In this document: piece after piece, positions 55,306 to 63,633 of the stretch
Layout: the number at the start of each line of letters is the position of its first letter
Numbering within the stretch: the stretch's first letter is position 1
Assembly: GCA_021797745.1 (NCBI GenBank)
Contig: JAJZZD010000001.1
Coordinates: 64,468 to 128,467 of the forward strand
DNA: 64,000 nt
Origin: Candidatus Micrarchaeota archaeon
Lineage (GTDB): Archaea; Micrarchaeota; Micrarchaeia; Micrarchaeales; CABMGC01
Direction of reading: 5' to 3'
Program-made: the position numbers and the translations under genes
The notes under the pieces: model-generated
The model's database searches: none
Seen by the model: the letters and a program-made list of their open reading frames with translations, nothing else
Told to the model about the DNA's origin: nothing

Positions 55306-56628
55306 ATGAATAAGTCTAGCACAATAAGCTTATCAGTCGCAACGGCAGTGGGACTAGGAGCAATAATAGGAGCAGGAATATTCGTGCTGAGCGGCAGTAC
55401 GATAGCACTCGCAGGCTCTGATGCTATTATAGCTTTCATTGCGGTAGGATTTGTTGCAGTGCTGATAGCGCTGCAGATCGGCGAGCTAGGAACCATTATG
55501 CCCAATGTGCAGGGCGCGTCATATTCTTTCGTGTACAATGCATTCGGAAGTGAACTCGGGTTTATTACTGGAATAATATTTTACATAAGTTCGGTAGTCG
55601 CCATATCTGCAATATCCTTGGGATTCGGCGCATACCTTTCCTCGTTGCTAGGAATTTCCCAGTCATTCTCCATGTATCTGGCTATTCCGCTTATTGCTTT
55701 GCTGGCTGTGATGAATCTCATAGGCTTGAAGAAAGCGGCCAAAGCAGATTTCTTTTTGGTCATCATAAAAATAGCAGTACTTTTTGTGTTCGTAGCATTT
55801 GCTTTGTATATTGCGTTCGTTTTAGGAAAATTCAATCCCGCAAACTTCGTAGTCAGCGCGTCGCAGTCCGGAATAGGGCCTATAGCCGCGGCAAGCATAG
55901 CGATAGTGTTTGCATATTCTGGCTTTCAGACAATAAGCACTTTTACATCAAGGGTTAAAGGCGGTCCTAACGCTGCTGCAAAGGCAATACTTCTTTCTGT
56001 CCTGCTGAGTCTTGCAGTCTATGTGCTGATTGTAATATCTATGATGCTGTTAGTGCCTTCTTCCGTGTACAAAGTTTCGACTGCGGACCCAATATCTCTT
56101 GCCCTGACTTCTGTTTCAGCCCCGTATGCGCTTGAGCTACTTGTAGGCATAGGAGCCCTCATAGCTACAATATCAGCTTCTCTGGCGATGATTCTTAGGG
56201 CATCGAGGATAGTGTACCAGTTGGGCAAAGACGGCTTGCTGCCGAAATTACTCCGCAAATACAATCCAAAAAGAGACGTGTCACCTAATGGCGTAATTGT
56301 GACTACTGCCATAGCAATTGCCTTTTTATTCTCAGGGAATATCTACATAATCGCAGCAATATCCGCGTTCGGAACGCTGTTCGTCTACCTTATGTCTAGC
56401 TTCGCATTGGTGCATTTCAGAAGGATACACAAAAAGAGCAGCTTCAGGTCGCCGTTCTACCCGTATATTTCAATCATATCCATATTAGCCATACTTGCTT
56501 TCATAGCCGGCATGCCTGCCGAATCGCTGATTATAAACACTATTTTCATAATCTCGCTTCTGCTCATCTACTACTTCTTCATGGAATACAAACATAAAAA
56601 GATAGTTAAAATAAGACTATTCCGGTGA
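55306..56628 (+). CDS. APC-superfamily amino acid permease
   Basis: 440 aa, about 12 TM helices. N-terminal 'AVGLGAIIGAGIFVLSG' is typical of APC transporters. Confidence 0.88.
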   Translation: MNKSSTISLSVATAVGLGAIIGAGIFVLSGSTIALAGSDAIIAFIAVGFVAVLIALQIGELGTIMPNVQGASYSFVYNAFGSELGFITGIIFYISSVVAISAISLGFGAYLSSLLGISQSFSMYLAIPLIALLAVMNLIGLKKAAKADFFLVIIKIAVLFVFVAFALYIAFVLGKFNPANFVVSASQSGIGPIAAASIAIVFAYSGFQTISTFTSRVKGGPNAAAKAILLSVLLSLAVYVLIVISMMLLVPSSVYKVSTADPISLALTSVSAPYALELLVGIGALIATISASLAMILRASRIVYQLGKDGLLPKLLRKYNPKRDVSPNGVIVTTAIAIAFLFSGNIYIIAAISAFGTLFVYLMSSFALVHFRRIHKKSSFRSPFYPYISIISILAILAFIAGMPAESLIINTIFIISLLLIYYFFMEYKHKKIVKIRLFR

Positions 56629-56707
56629 TTAAAACATCAAACTCTTTGCTCTCTGTTTTAAATCTTAATCTCTCATAAAACCATTGAACCTGTTTTCGAC
56701 GATTTGC

Positions 56708-57223
56708 ATGAAAGACAAAATTTCTGAAAAACGGGCATGGCTGCTTAGTTTAGGTTTGCGCGTAATATTCGGACTAGTATGGCTGATTGACGGAGCGTTA
56801 AAGTTCCAGCCCGGAATCCCGAGCGTATTTCCATCGCTTATTCAGAACGTTTCTATCGGGCAACCTGCATGGCTAATGCCATGGTTCAATTACTGGCACG
56901 GTGTCGTTGGAGCAAATCCTGTTTTTTGGGTTTATCTTATAGGAACGGGCGAGATTTTGCTTGCCCTTGGGCTGATATTCGGTTTCATGAAAAAAATAAC
57001 CTACTCTGCCGGGATTATGCTTAGCCTGCTGATTTGGGCAGTGCCAGAAGGCTTCGGCGGCCCTTACGGACCAAGTTCCACCGACATAGGCACTGGAATA
57101 ATCTATGCCCTGCTTTTCGTAGCTCTTATAGTCATAAACAAAGTTGAGCATCCTAACCGGTACTCATTCGATTATTTCATCGGCAAAAAGATAAGATGGT
57201 GGCATAGGATTGCAGAATTTTAG
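56708..57223 (+). CDS. DoxX/DoxD-like membrane protein
   Basis: Four TM helices. 'LRVIFGLVWLIDGALKF' and 'GEILLALGLIFGF' resemble the DoxX family. Start taken at 'MKDKISEKR'. Confidence 0.6.
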   Translation: MKDKISEKRAWLLSLGLRVIFGLVWLIDGALKFQPGIPSVFPSLIQNVSIGQPAWLMPWFNYWHGVVGANPVFWVYLIGTGEILLALGLIFGFMKKITYSAGIMLSLLIWAVPEGFGGPYGPSSTDIGTGIIYALLFVALIVINKVEHPNRYSFDYFIGKKIRWWHRIAEF

Positions 57224-57299
57224 GCACAGCGGTTTAGTGCATGTAATTTAAACATCGACTTCTTACTGTTTGTAGATGACGCTGTATCTAACGTAAACG

Positions 57300-57311
57300 A
57301 TGCAGCTGCAT
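57300..57311. repeat. Perfect 12-bp palindrome ATGCAGCTGCAT
   Basis: Read directly from the sequence. Lies in the 339-bp gap between two convergent genes. Confidence 0.9.
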
Positions 57312-57500
57312 GGTTGTTGATAATGCGAAGTGACTTTATTATAGGTGCTTCTTTTTCTTTAATCTTTTTTAATTTTGTCAGCCTTTCCAGCCGCTTTGAT
57401 TTCTCTTTTTATTTCGATTAAATTCTAAATGCATAGTTTCTGACTGTTAAGAAAATAAAGGATGTGTCCTGCGTTATCCTAATTAATGTAAAAAAAGAAA

Positions 57501-57524
57501 GTTTATGCAGTAAACTGCATAAAC
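57501..57524. repeat. Inverted repeat GTTTATGCAGT-AA-ACTGCATAAAC (11-bp arms)
   Basis: Read directly from the sequence. About 40 nt downstream of the DUF1059 stop on the minus strand. It could form a hairpin or act as a protein-binding palindrome. Confidence 0.9.
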
Positions 57525-57562
57525 AAAAGTTCTGTTTTGTAGCTAACTGCCTGTCCTGCTTT

Positions 57563-57787
57563 TTATTGCGGAGCCTGCGGCGCCGCCGATTCTGCTGCAG
57601 GTACGTCTTTTATTGCTGCCTTTACCTTTGCTGCTGTAGCTTCGTCAATCTGCTGCATGTTGTGTGCTGCTTTTGCATGCTCTGCTACTTTTGCCATGAG
57701 TTCATCCTCGCTTTCAGCCGTTGCTTCGAACCCGCACTGTAGTCCTATGTCTTTGCATGCGAATTGTTTTGTCATTTTCTTCACCAA
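57563..57787 (-). CDS. DUF1059-family small protein
   Basis: 'MTKQFACKDIGLQCGFEATAESEDELMAKVAEHAKAAH' matches the DUF1059 pattern. Met at 57775 is an alternative start. Confidence 0.7.
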   Translation of the reverse strand: MVKKMTKQFACKDIGLQCGFEATAESEDELMAKVAEHAKAAHNMQQIDEATAAKVKAAIKDVPAAESAAPQAPQ

Positions 57788-57802
57788 TTTTTATTTAGGT
57801 CT

Positions 57803-57818
57803 GCTAATATATATTAGC
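57803..57818. promoter_or_regulatory. Perfect 16-bp AT-rich palindrome GCTAATATATATTAGC in a divergent promoter region
   Basis: Located 16-28 nt upstream of the DUF1059 start candidates. It may be the TATA box itself, an operator, or both. Confidence 0.3.
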
Positions 57819-57994
57819 GTGCAGCATTAGCTTAAAGTTGAGTAATATTTTGTATATTTTACTAATTATTTGTTTACTTCTATAAACACATTTGGTGTTT
57901 TTTTCTTTATTCTTTCGGCAGAAAAACAGCCAATTATGCCGCTGCACTATCTGTAATATAAAATTGCAAGTTAAACTAATTTCAACCGATATTT

Positions 57995-58942
57995 ATGACG
58001 CAAACAAAATTAGCTCTTGAAAAAGCTTTTTTCAAAGACGAATTGCACGACGTAATGGTTTACAGAGCGCTTGAAACACGAGAAAAGAAAAAAGACATGA
58101 AAAAGCTTCTAGGTGAACTTGCCAAAACCGAAGAAAAGCATTCTCTGATATGGAAAGGCATAATCGAGGAAAACGGCGAAAAGGCACAGAAGCCACTATT
58201 CGTAAACCTGTACGTAGCATATTACATTTTCATAAAGCTGCTTTTCGGAACCGCATTTGCCACAAAGCTACTGGAAAAAGGCGAAGAAAAAGCAATAGTT
58301 TCCTATTCGCGGGCGCTGGCAGGCAGTGAAATTAGTAAGCCTGGCAAAGCAAAAATAAAAGGCATACTCATCGATGAAAAAAAGCATCAAAAGGAACTAA
58401 TGCAGAAAATAGAGAAATACGAAGGCGACCTGAATTACATTAAATCGATAATATTCGGGCTTAACGACGGATTGGTGGAGCTCATGGCTGTGGTCGCAGG
58501 TCTTGCCGTAGTCGTGACAACCGGCTTTGTAGTTGCGATCGCAGGTTTTGTAGTTGGCATATCCGGCACGCTGTCAATGGCCGCCGGCGAGTATCTTTCT
58601 TCAAAATCGAGAAGGCTTGTTACGGTGGCTGTAGACAAAGAATCCTATCCGCGCAGAACAACGCCAAGGAAGGAGGCTTTCTTTATAGGAATTTTCTATT
58701 TCATCGGTTCGCTGATATCCATACTTCCTTTCGCATTCGGGCTTTCAGGGTATTATGGAATACTCGCTTCGGTGATACTGGTGACAATTGCGCTTCTGAT
58801 AGTTTCCACAATAGTTGCCACTATAAGTGAAACCAGCATAAAATCCAGAGCCGCAGAGATGCTTGCAGTGTCACTTTGCGCCGCCGCAATAACTATAACA
58901 TTGGGAATAGTGCTGCGCTACTATTTCGGAATAAGCGTGTGA
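57995..58942 (+). CDS. VIT1/CCC1-family iron/manganese transporter with an N-terminal ferritin-like domain
   Basis: N-terminal 'DELHDVMVYRALE...LAKTEEKH' (ferritin/rubrerythrin-like). C-terminal 'FGLNDGLVELMAVVAGL' and 'GEYLSSKS' are VIT-family motifs. Confidence 0.85.
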   Translation: MTQTKLALEKAFFKDELHDVMVYRALETREKKKDMKKLLGELAKTEEKHSLIWKGIIEENGEKAQKPLFVNLYVAYYIFIKLLFGTAFATKLLEKGEEKAIVSYSRALAGSEISKPGKAKIKGILIDEKKHQKELMQKIEKYEGDLNYIKSIIFGLNDGLVELMAVVAGLAVVVTTGFVVAIAGFVVGISGTLSMAAGEYLSSKSRRLVTVAVDKESYPRRTTPRKEAFFIGIFYFIGSLISILPFAFGLSGYYGILASVILVTIALLIVSTIVATISETSIKSRAAEMLAVSLCAAAITITLGIVLRYYFGISV

Positions 58943-58947
58943 AGCCA

Positions 58948-59514
58948 TCAAATACTTAATGCGCTCTTTGCTGTTTTGTTGGCGCTATGCACTGGCATTA
59001 GTTCCACATCGCCAGCTTTGACTGCGGAACGAAGTGCCCTCAGCTTCTTGAGATATGGGTCTTTTGGGATTCTTAGTATTGTTTTCAATATCCCGTCAGA
59101 ATGCCGTTTTTCCTTTATGAGCCTCCTGCGCTCATTTTTAATATCGCGTATAAGAGCTTCGTTTCTGTTGCTTCCTTTGTTTTCCTTGTTGCTGCCGTTG
59201 CTCCTTTTAATTTTGTATTCATCTCCGTCATCTGCATAAAACCACACGCTCTTTGTATACCTAACTACATATGCATTCTTTATTTTGACACCGCCATATT
59301 TAACCGCTACTGCAAGTTTAGTCAATGAAGCGGCATAGCCTAGAATTTCTTTAAAGCTGTCTCCGCTATACGACCTATATGCCACATCTCCCCTTATGTA
59401 GCGTTCAACGTCAGCATAAAATGCCTTTCTTTTGAAAGGATTCTTACTGAATGTAGGTATGATTTCTTCCTGGCCATTTATTCTAACTATCCATACCTCG
59501 CTGCTTTTATCCAA
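58948..59514 (-). CDS. Hypothetical protein
   Basis: 188-aa ORF with a basic central linker. No motif recognised. Confidence 0.45.
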   Translation of the reverse strand: MDKSSEVWIVRINGQEEIIPTFSKNPFKRKAFYADVERYIRGDVAYRSYSGDSFKEILGYAASLTKLAVAVKYGGVKIKNAYVVRYTKSVWFYADDGDEYKIKRSNGSNKENKGSNRNEALIRDIKNERRRLIKEKRHSDGILKTILRIPKDPYLKKLRALRSAVKAGDVELMPVHSANKTAKSALSI

Positions 59515-59697
59515 CTCTACTGAATAGTTTTTGTCGATGCTACCTGCCTCTAGCTAATGGCTGCCCACTAATTATGTGTTTTGCCTATTCTTATTTTTTG
59601 CCATTTGCTCGTATTCTTAAACAAGCAAGATCAGTGCTGCTAAAAGGGCTACCTTTGACTTGGCACGTTAAAGCATACTGCAAAACTTTTGTGACAC

Positions 59698-60978
59698 TCA
59701 CGTTGCAGTAACATTCATTGTTGCAAACGATCCTTCTTCTCCAGACACGCGGATACTGTACGTCTGGTTTGCCACAAGCAGCGACGTAACATGGCTTTCT
59801 CCCATCGTCGCAACTGCGTCATACGCCAGCGTTACGCTGGCTCCTGGTTGCAGCACGTAGCCGTTAGGCCCTTCTGCCTCTGCCTCTGTGAAAGGCAGCA
59901 TCAAGGTGCCGTTTGCCGACACTACAAAGTTCAGAACGTTGAAGTAGTGCAGGCTGAAGTTTATTGCAGCGTTTATCTTTGCCCTTACTATTGCGTTCGA
60001 CACGTTGAAAATGTGCGTGTCGCTGACTATCGCTTTTGCTTCTGTGCCAAAGCTGCTGTTCTCGTGCTCTGTGCCTACATTGGCCGAGCCTCTGTTGCTC
60101 GCATTGGCGTTTGCGCCAGATTTGTTTGTACCCACGCTCGCATTCGCATTTACTGATACGCTATTATTTTCCAAACTGCCGCCATAATAAGGATAGTTTA
60201 AGCTGTCCCTTAGTGTTGCATTTGTAGCAGCCTCAATCACTCCGCTTACGAAGACGTGCTTCAGAGTCACAGAGCTATTTCCGGTGTCCTTGACCGTGAC
60301 AGAAACTTCTGTCATGTTGCCCACTTGCGCGAGGGATGCACCGGTTATCTCTATGCTGGGCGTCATTGCCTCTAGTTCAGTCCTGTCGCTTGCCTGCAAC
60401 TGCGTCCTTGAGCCTACGCTAAGAGCATTGCCGCTTATCTCGGCTTTGCCGACTACTATTGCCTTTACTGCAGGAACGAGTATGAATACGCTGCTGTTCT
60501 CGGTAGTGTACACCTGTATGACTGTAGGTGAAAGGTCAAGCAGCGTTCCGCCAGCGCTGCTATTCACGTCGGCGTTCAGTCTGACATATATCCTGCTGCT
60601 AGGCACTGTCACATTGTAGGTGACGTTGTTTATCGTTATATCTGCAGAAGTTACATTGAAAGATACCGCATCAAATGTTTCATTTGCAGAAGCCTGTATC
60701 ACAGCAATAGTCTGCGTGAAGTTTGACAGGCTCATCAGATTTACGCTTCCTGATGCGCTGGAGCTTACGCGTCCTATCCCGTTAGATGAAAACAGCGTAA
60801 CTCCTGAGTAATCTATGATGAGAGACTGCGTCCCGCTTGGCACAGTCGGCGGGTCAGTAAGCTGAACTGCGTAAGAAGCAGTACTGGCTGCCACGCCACC
60901 CACAAGCATTGGGTAAATGAAATACGCCGCGGCCACAATTACCACAATAGCAACCAAATATCCTATTTTTTTGTTCAT
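59698..60978 (-). CDS. Membrane-anchored, heavily sequon-decorated surface protein (DUF4382-like N-terminal region)
   Basis: N-terminal TM helix 'IGYLVAIVVIVAAAYFIY'. 'VQLTDPPTVPSGTQSLIIDYSGVTL' resembles DUF4382. About 20 N-x-S/T sequons in 426 aa by my manual count. Confidence 0.65.
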   Translation of the reverse strand: MNKKIGYLVAIVVIVAAAYFIYPMLVGGVAASTASYAVQLTDPPTVPSGTQSLIIDYSGVTLFSSNGIGRVSSSASGSVNLMSLSNFTQTIAVIQASANETFDAVSFNVTSADITINNVTYNVTVPSSRIYVRLNADVNSSAGGTLLDLSPTVIQVYTTENSSVFILVPAVKAIVVGKAEISGNALSVGSRTQLQASDRTELEAMTPSIEITGASLAQVGNMTEVSVTVKDTGNSSVTLKHVFVSGVIEAATNATLRDSLNYPYYGGSLENNSVSVNANASVGTNKSGANANASNRGSANVGTEHENSSFGTEAKAIVSDTHIFNVSNAIVRAKINAAINFSLHYFNVLNFVVSANGTLMLPFTEAEAEGPNGYVLQPGASVTLAYDAVATMGESHVTSLLVANQTYSIRVSGEEGSFATMNVTAT

Positions 60979-61089
60979 AGACCCACAACTAAAATGATCG
61001 CATTTTCAATTAAAATAACTCGGCCGTATTTAATAACTTTTGTCCTATATCTCGCGCAAAAGCGTATAAGTTTTCATCAATTATCGTCG

Positions 61090-61488
61090 TTATTTCCTCA
61101 GCTCTGCCTTTATATCAGTCAATGCGTTGTTTATCTGCTCTAGTTCCTTTTTTTCGTCGGCGCTTACTGAACCTTTACTGTTGAGCTTTTCCTCTATTGC
61201 GTCTACGAATTCAAGCCACTCATCGGCCTCTTCCTTTATTAGCTCTATTGTGGTTTCGTTCATAGTCAGCAGGTTCAGTACCATGAGAAGTTTTTTGTTC
61301 TCCACCTCTTCCTCGCCTTTGTTGAGTCTGTCAGTTATATGGTTCCTAAGATCGCTTATGTCCTGCTTGCTAACCTTCTCGTCCAGCTCAATCGCTTCAT
61401 CGAGCCCAGAGATAAGCTCTTTTATCGAGTTGTGCAGCTTCTCCAGCAACTGGCCAAGTGACAATGCGCGCAGCGTCTCTCTTACCAT
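61090..61488 (-). CDS. Hypothetical coiled-coil protein
   Basis: 132 aa, E/K/L-rich heptad-like sequence. Confidence 0.5.
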   Translation of the reverse strand: MVRETLRALSLGQLLEKLHNSIKELISGLDEAIELDEKVSKQDISDLRNHITDRLNKGEEEVENKKLLMVLNLLTMNETTIELIKEEADEWLEFVDAIEEKLNSKGSVSADEKKELEQINNALTDIKAELRK

Positions 61489-61571
61489 AAAATTAATACT
61501 TAATCCCTAATTATAAATGTTTCATGCAAGTATTTCTCAGATGCAGAAAAAGACAAAACCAAAAAGTGGCT

Positions 61572-62495
61572 GAAATGCGCGATTATGAATTCTGGAAGCA
61601 GGGGAATCTGCCGATAAGTTACAACATGGCACTTGAAGAGTACATGCTGGAAAGGTCTGAAAAATTAGGTACTAGCACGATACGATTCTGGAATGTCAAT
61701 AACGATGCAGTAGTGCTTGGCTATGCCGAATCAACGAATTCAATAAAGGAGAAAGACCAGTCATTTGACGTGGCAAGAAGAATCACCGGGGGCTCACACG
61801 TGCAGTTCGACACGAACTGCCTTGCCTACTCTTTCACAGTCCCGCGCGACGGCACATTCGCGCATTTCGACGAAATGCGGAAATATTATGCAGAATTGAT
61901 TGGCGACGCACTCGCATCATTAGGTATAAATGTAACAAAAGTGGACAACAGGGCATCAACCATAAACGTAAATGATAAAGTTGTGGCAAGCCATGCTATG
62001 TTCTGGGGAGTTAAGAGCGCGTTGATGCACGGGCTAATGATAATAAACAGATACGACGCAGACAAAATACTGAAAAGGGTTGTGCTTAACGAGAGAAAAA
62101 TAGGAAAAAACACCTACTCCGAATATGCCGCGCTGAAGAGTATTCCGCATCTGTCTCAGTTTCTCGAAAGTGAAACCAGCACGATAAGCAAAAATAACAA
62201 GAGCGAATTCGTAAAGAAAATAATCTCAGAAAGCGTGCTCAGGCAGGTGACAAATGGCAAATATTCCGAAAAACAGCTATCTGAAAATGTCGCGGCCGTT
62301 GCGTTAAATAAATTTGGCAATAAGCATTCAGGCGAAGAATGGTTTGCTGAAAGAAAGCCAAGCATCACAAGCGATGAAGCGGAAGCAATACCTGGAGAAG
62401 AGCTTGACGGCAAGCTAAAGTCAGGATTGGGATATTGCATGTACAGCCAGGTAAGTGACAAGGATTTCGAGAAAATGTCGGAACCGGTTGAGTGA
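61572..62495 (+). CDS. Lipoate-protein ligase A-like (BPL/LPL catalytic domain) protein with divergent motifs
   Basis: 'YNMALEEYML', 'IRFWNVNNDAVVLGY' and 'RRITGGSHVQFD' parallel the LplA blocks (RRxSGGGAVFHD). Sits directly upstream of the E1 genes. Start taken at 'MRDYEFWKQ', downstream of the TATA-like 'AATTATAAATG' at 61508-61518. Confidence 0.7.
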   Translation, partial: EMRDYEFWKQGNLPISYNMALEEYMLERSEKLGTSTIRFWNVNNDAVVLGYAESTNSIKEKDQSFDVARRITGGSHVQFDTNCLAYSFTVPRDGTFAHFDEMRKYYAELIGDALASLGINVTKVDNRASTINVNDKVVASHAMFWGVKSALMHGLMIINRYDADKILKRVVLNERKIGKNTYSEYAALKSIPHLSQFLESETSTISKNNKSEFVKKIISESVLRQVTNGKYSEKQLSENVAAVALNKFGNKHSGEEWFAERKPSITSDEAEAIPGEELDGKLKSGLGYCMYSQVSDKDFEKMSEPVE

Positions 62496-62547
62496 CCGCA
62501 TAGAAATGAATATATCTTTTTGTTGCTAAATCACATCAGCGTTTCTT

Positions 62548-63633
62548 ATGCCAATTGAAGAAGTTTACAACTGCTCTGTAAAGCGTTTGCAGATTCTCGA
62601 TGAAAATGGGAATTTGGATGAAGCTCTCTTTCCCGAGGGTCTTTCTGGCGATTCGCTTGTAGAAATGTACAAATACATGCTTCTGGCACGCGCAGTTGAT
62701 GCAAAAGCACTGAGCCTGCAGAGGCAGGGCAGGCTCGCAACGTACGCGCCCCTTATAGGCGAAGAGGCAACGCACATAGGAACAGCCTATGCTATGCGCA
62801 AGCAGGACATTTTCATCCCTGCATTCAGGCAACACGGCGTGCAGATAGTGCGCGGCCTGCCTCTCGACCTTTTCTTCCTTTACTGGAGAGGATTTGAAGA
62901 CGGAGCTAAGTTGCCTGCAAGCCTTAATCAAACTCCAGTTATAGTTCCTGTCGGCACGCAGCTTCCGCACGGAGCCGGCATCGCATTTGCGCTCAAATAC
63001 CTGAAAAAAGACGCAGCCGCAATAGTGTACATAGGCGATGGGGGAACCTCGGAGGGCGATTTCTACGAGGCGCTCAATTTCGCAGGTGTTTGGAAGGCGC
63101 CTCTCGTGTGCATAATAGAAAACAATCAGTGGGCCATATCTGTCCCGAGAAGCGCGCAGACTGCTGCGGAAACATTGGCACAGAAGGCTATAGCAGCAGG
63201 AATAAACTGCATACAGGTAGACGGAAACGACGTGCTTGCTGTTTACAAAGCAACGCGCGATGCGATACAAAATTCAAAGGACGGTCCAATGGTAATAGAA
63301 TGCGTAACATACCGAATGAGCATGCATACTACCTCAGACGACCCGGAGAAATACAGGCCCGATGCAGAAGTAGAAAAGTGGGAGAAAAAGGACCCGATAG
63401 ACCGGATAAGAAAATATCTGACAAAAAATGGGCTGTGGAACGATTCACTGGAGCAAAAAACTAAGGACGAGCAGGCAAAATTCATAGACCAGGCTGTGGA
63501 AAAGGCAGAGCAGTTCAAGCCTGACCCGAAAACCATGTTCGAAAACGTTTACGGCACTATTACGCAAACGCTCGAAGAGGAACTGTCGGATGCTATGTCT
63601 GCAAATTTCTGGCAGGAAAGCGAGGATGATTGA
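62548..63633 (+). CDS. 2-oxoacid (pyruvate/branched-chain) dehydrogenase E1 component, alpha subunit
   Basis: 'YIGDGGTSEGDFYEALNFAGVWKAPLVCIIENNQWAIS' is the TPP-binding motif. 361 aa. Confidence 0.93.
   Translation: MPIEEVYNCSVKRLQILDENGNLDEALFPEGLSGDSLVEMYKYMLLARAVDAKALSLQRQGRLATYAPLIGEEATHIGTAYAMRKQDIFIPAFRQHGVQIVRGLPLDLFFLYWRGFEDGAKLPASLNQTPVIVPVGTQLPHGAGIAFALKYLKKDAAAIVYIGDGGTSEGDFYEALNFAGVWKAPLVCIIENNQWAISVPRSAQTAAETLAQKAIAAGINCIQVDGNDVLAVYKATRDAIQNSKDGPMVIECVTYRMSMHTTSDDPEKYRPDAEVEKWEKKDPIDRIRKYLTKNGLWNDSLEQKTKDEQAKFIDQAVEKAEQFKPDPKTMFENVYGTITQTLEEELSDAMSANFWQESEDD

Noticed and set aside
62536-63270. 244-aa minus-strand ORF overlapping the E1-alpha gene
   Set aside because: It is antisense to a CDS carrying a clear TPP-binding motif. 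The C/R/V-rich translation looks non-protein-like.
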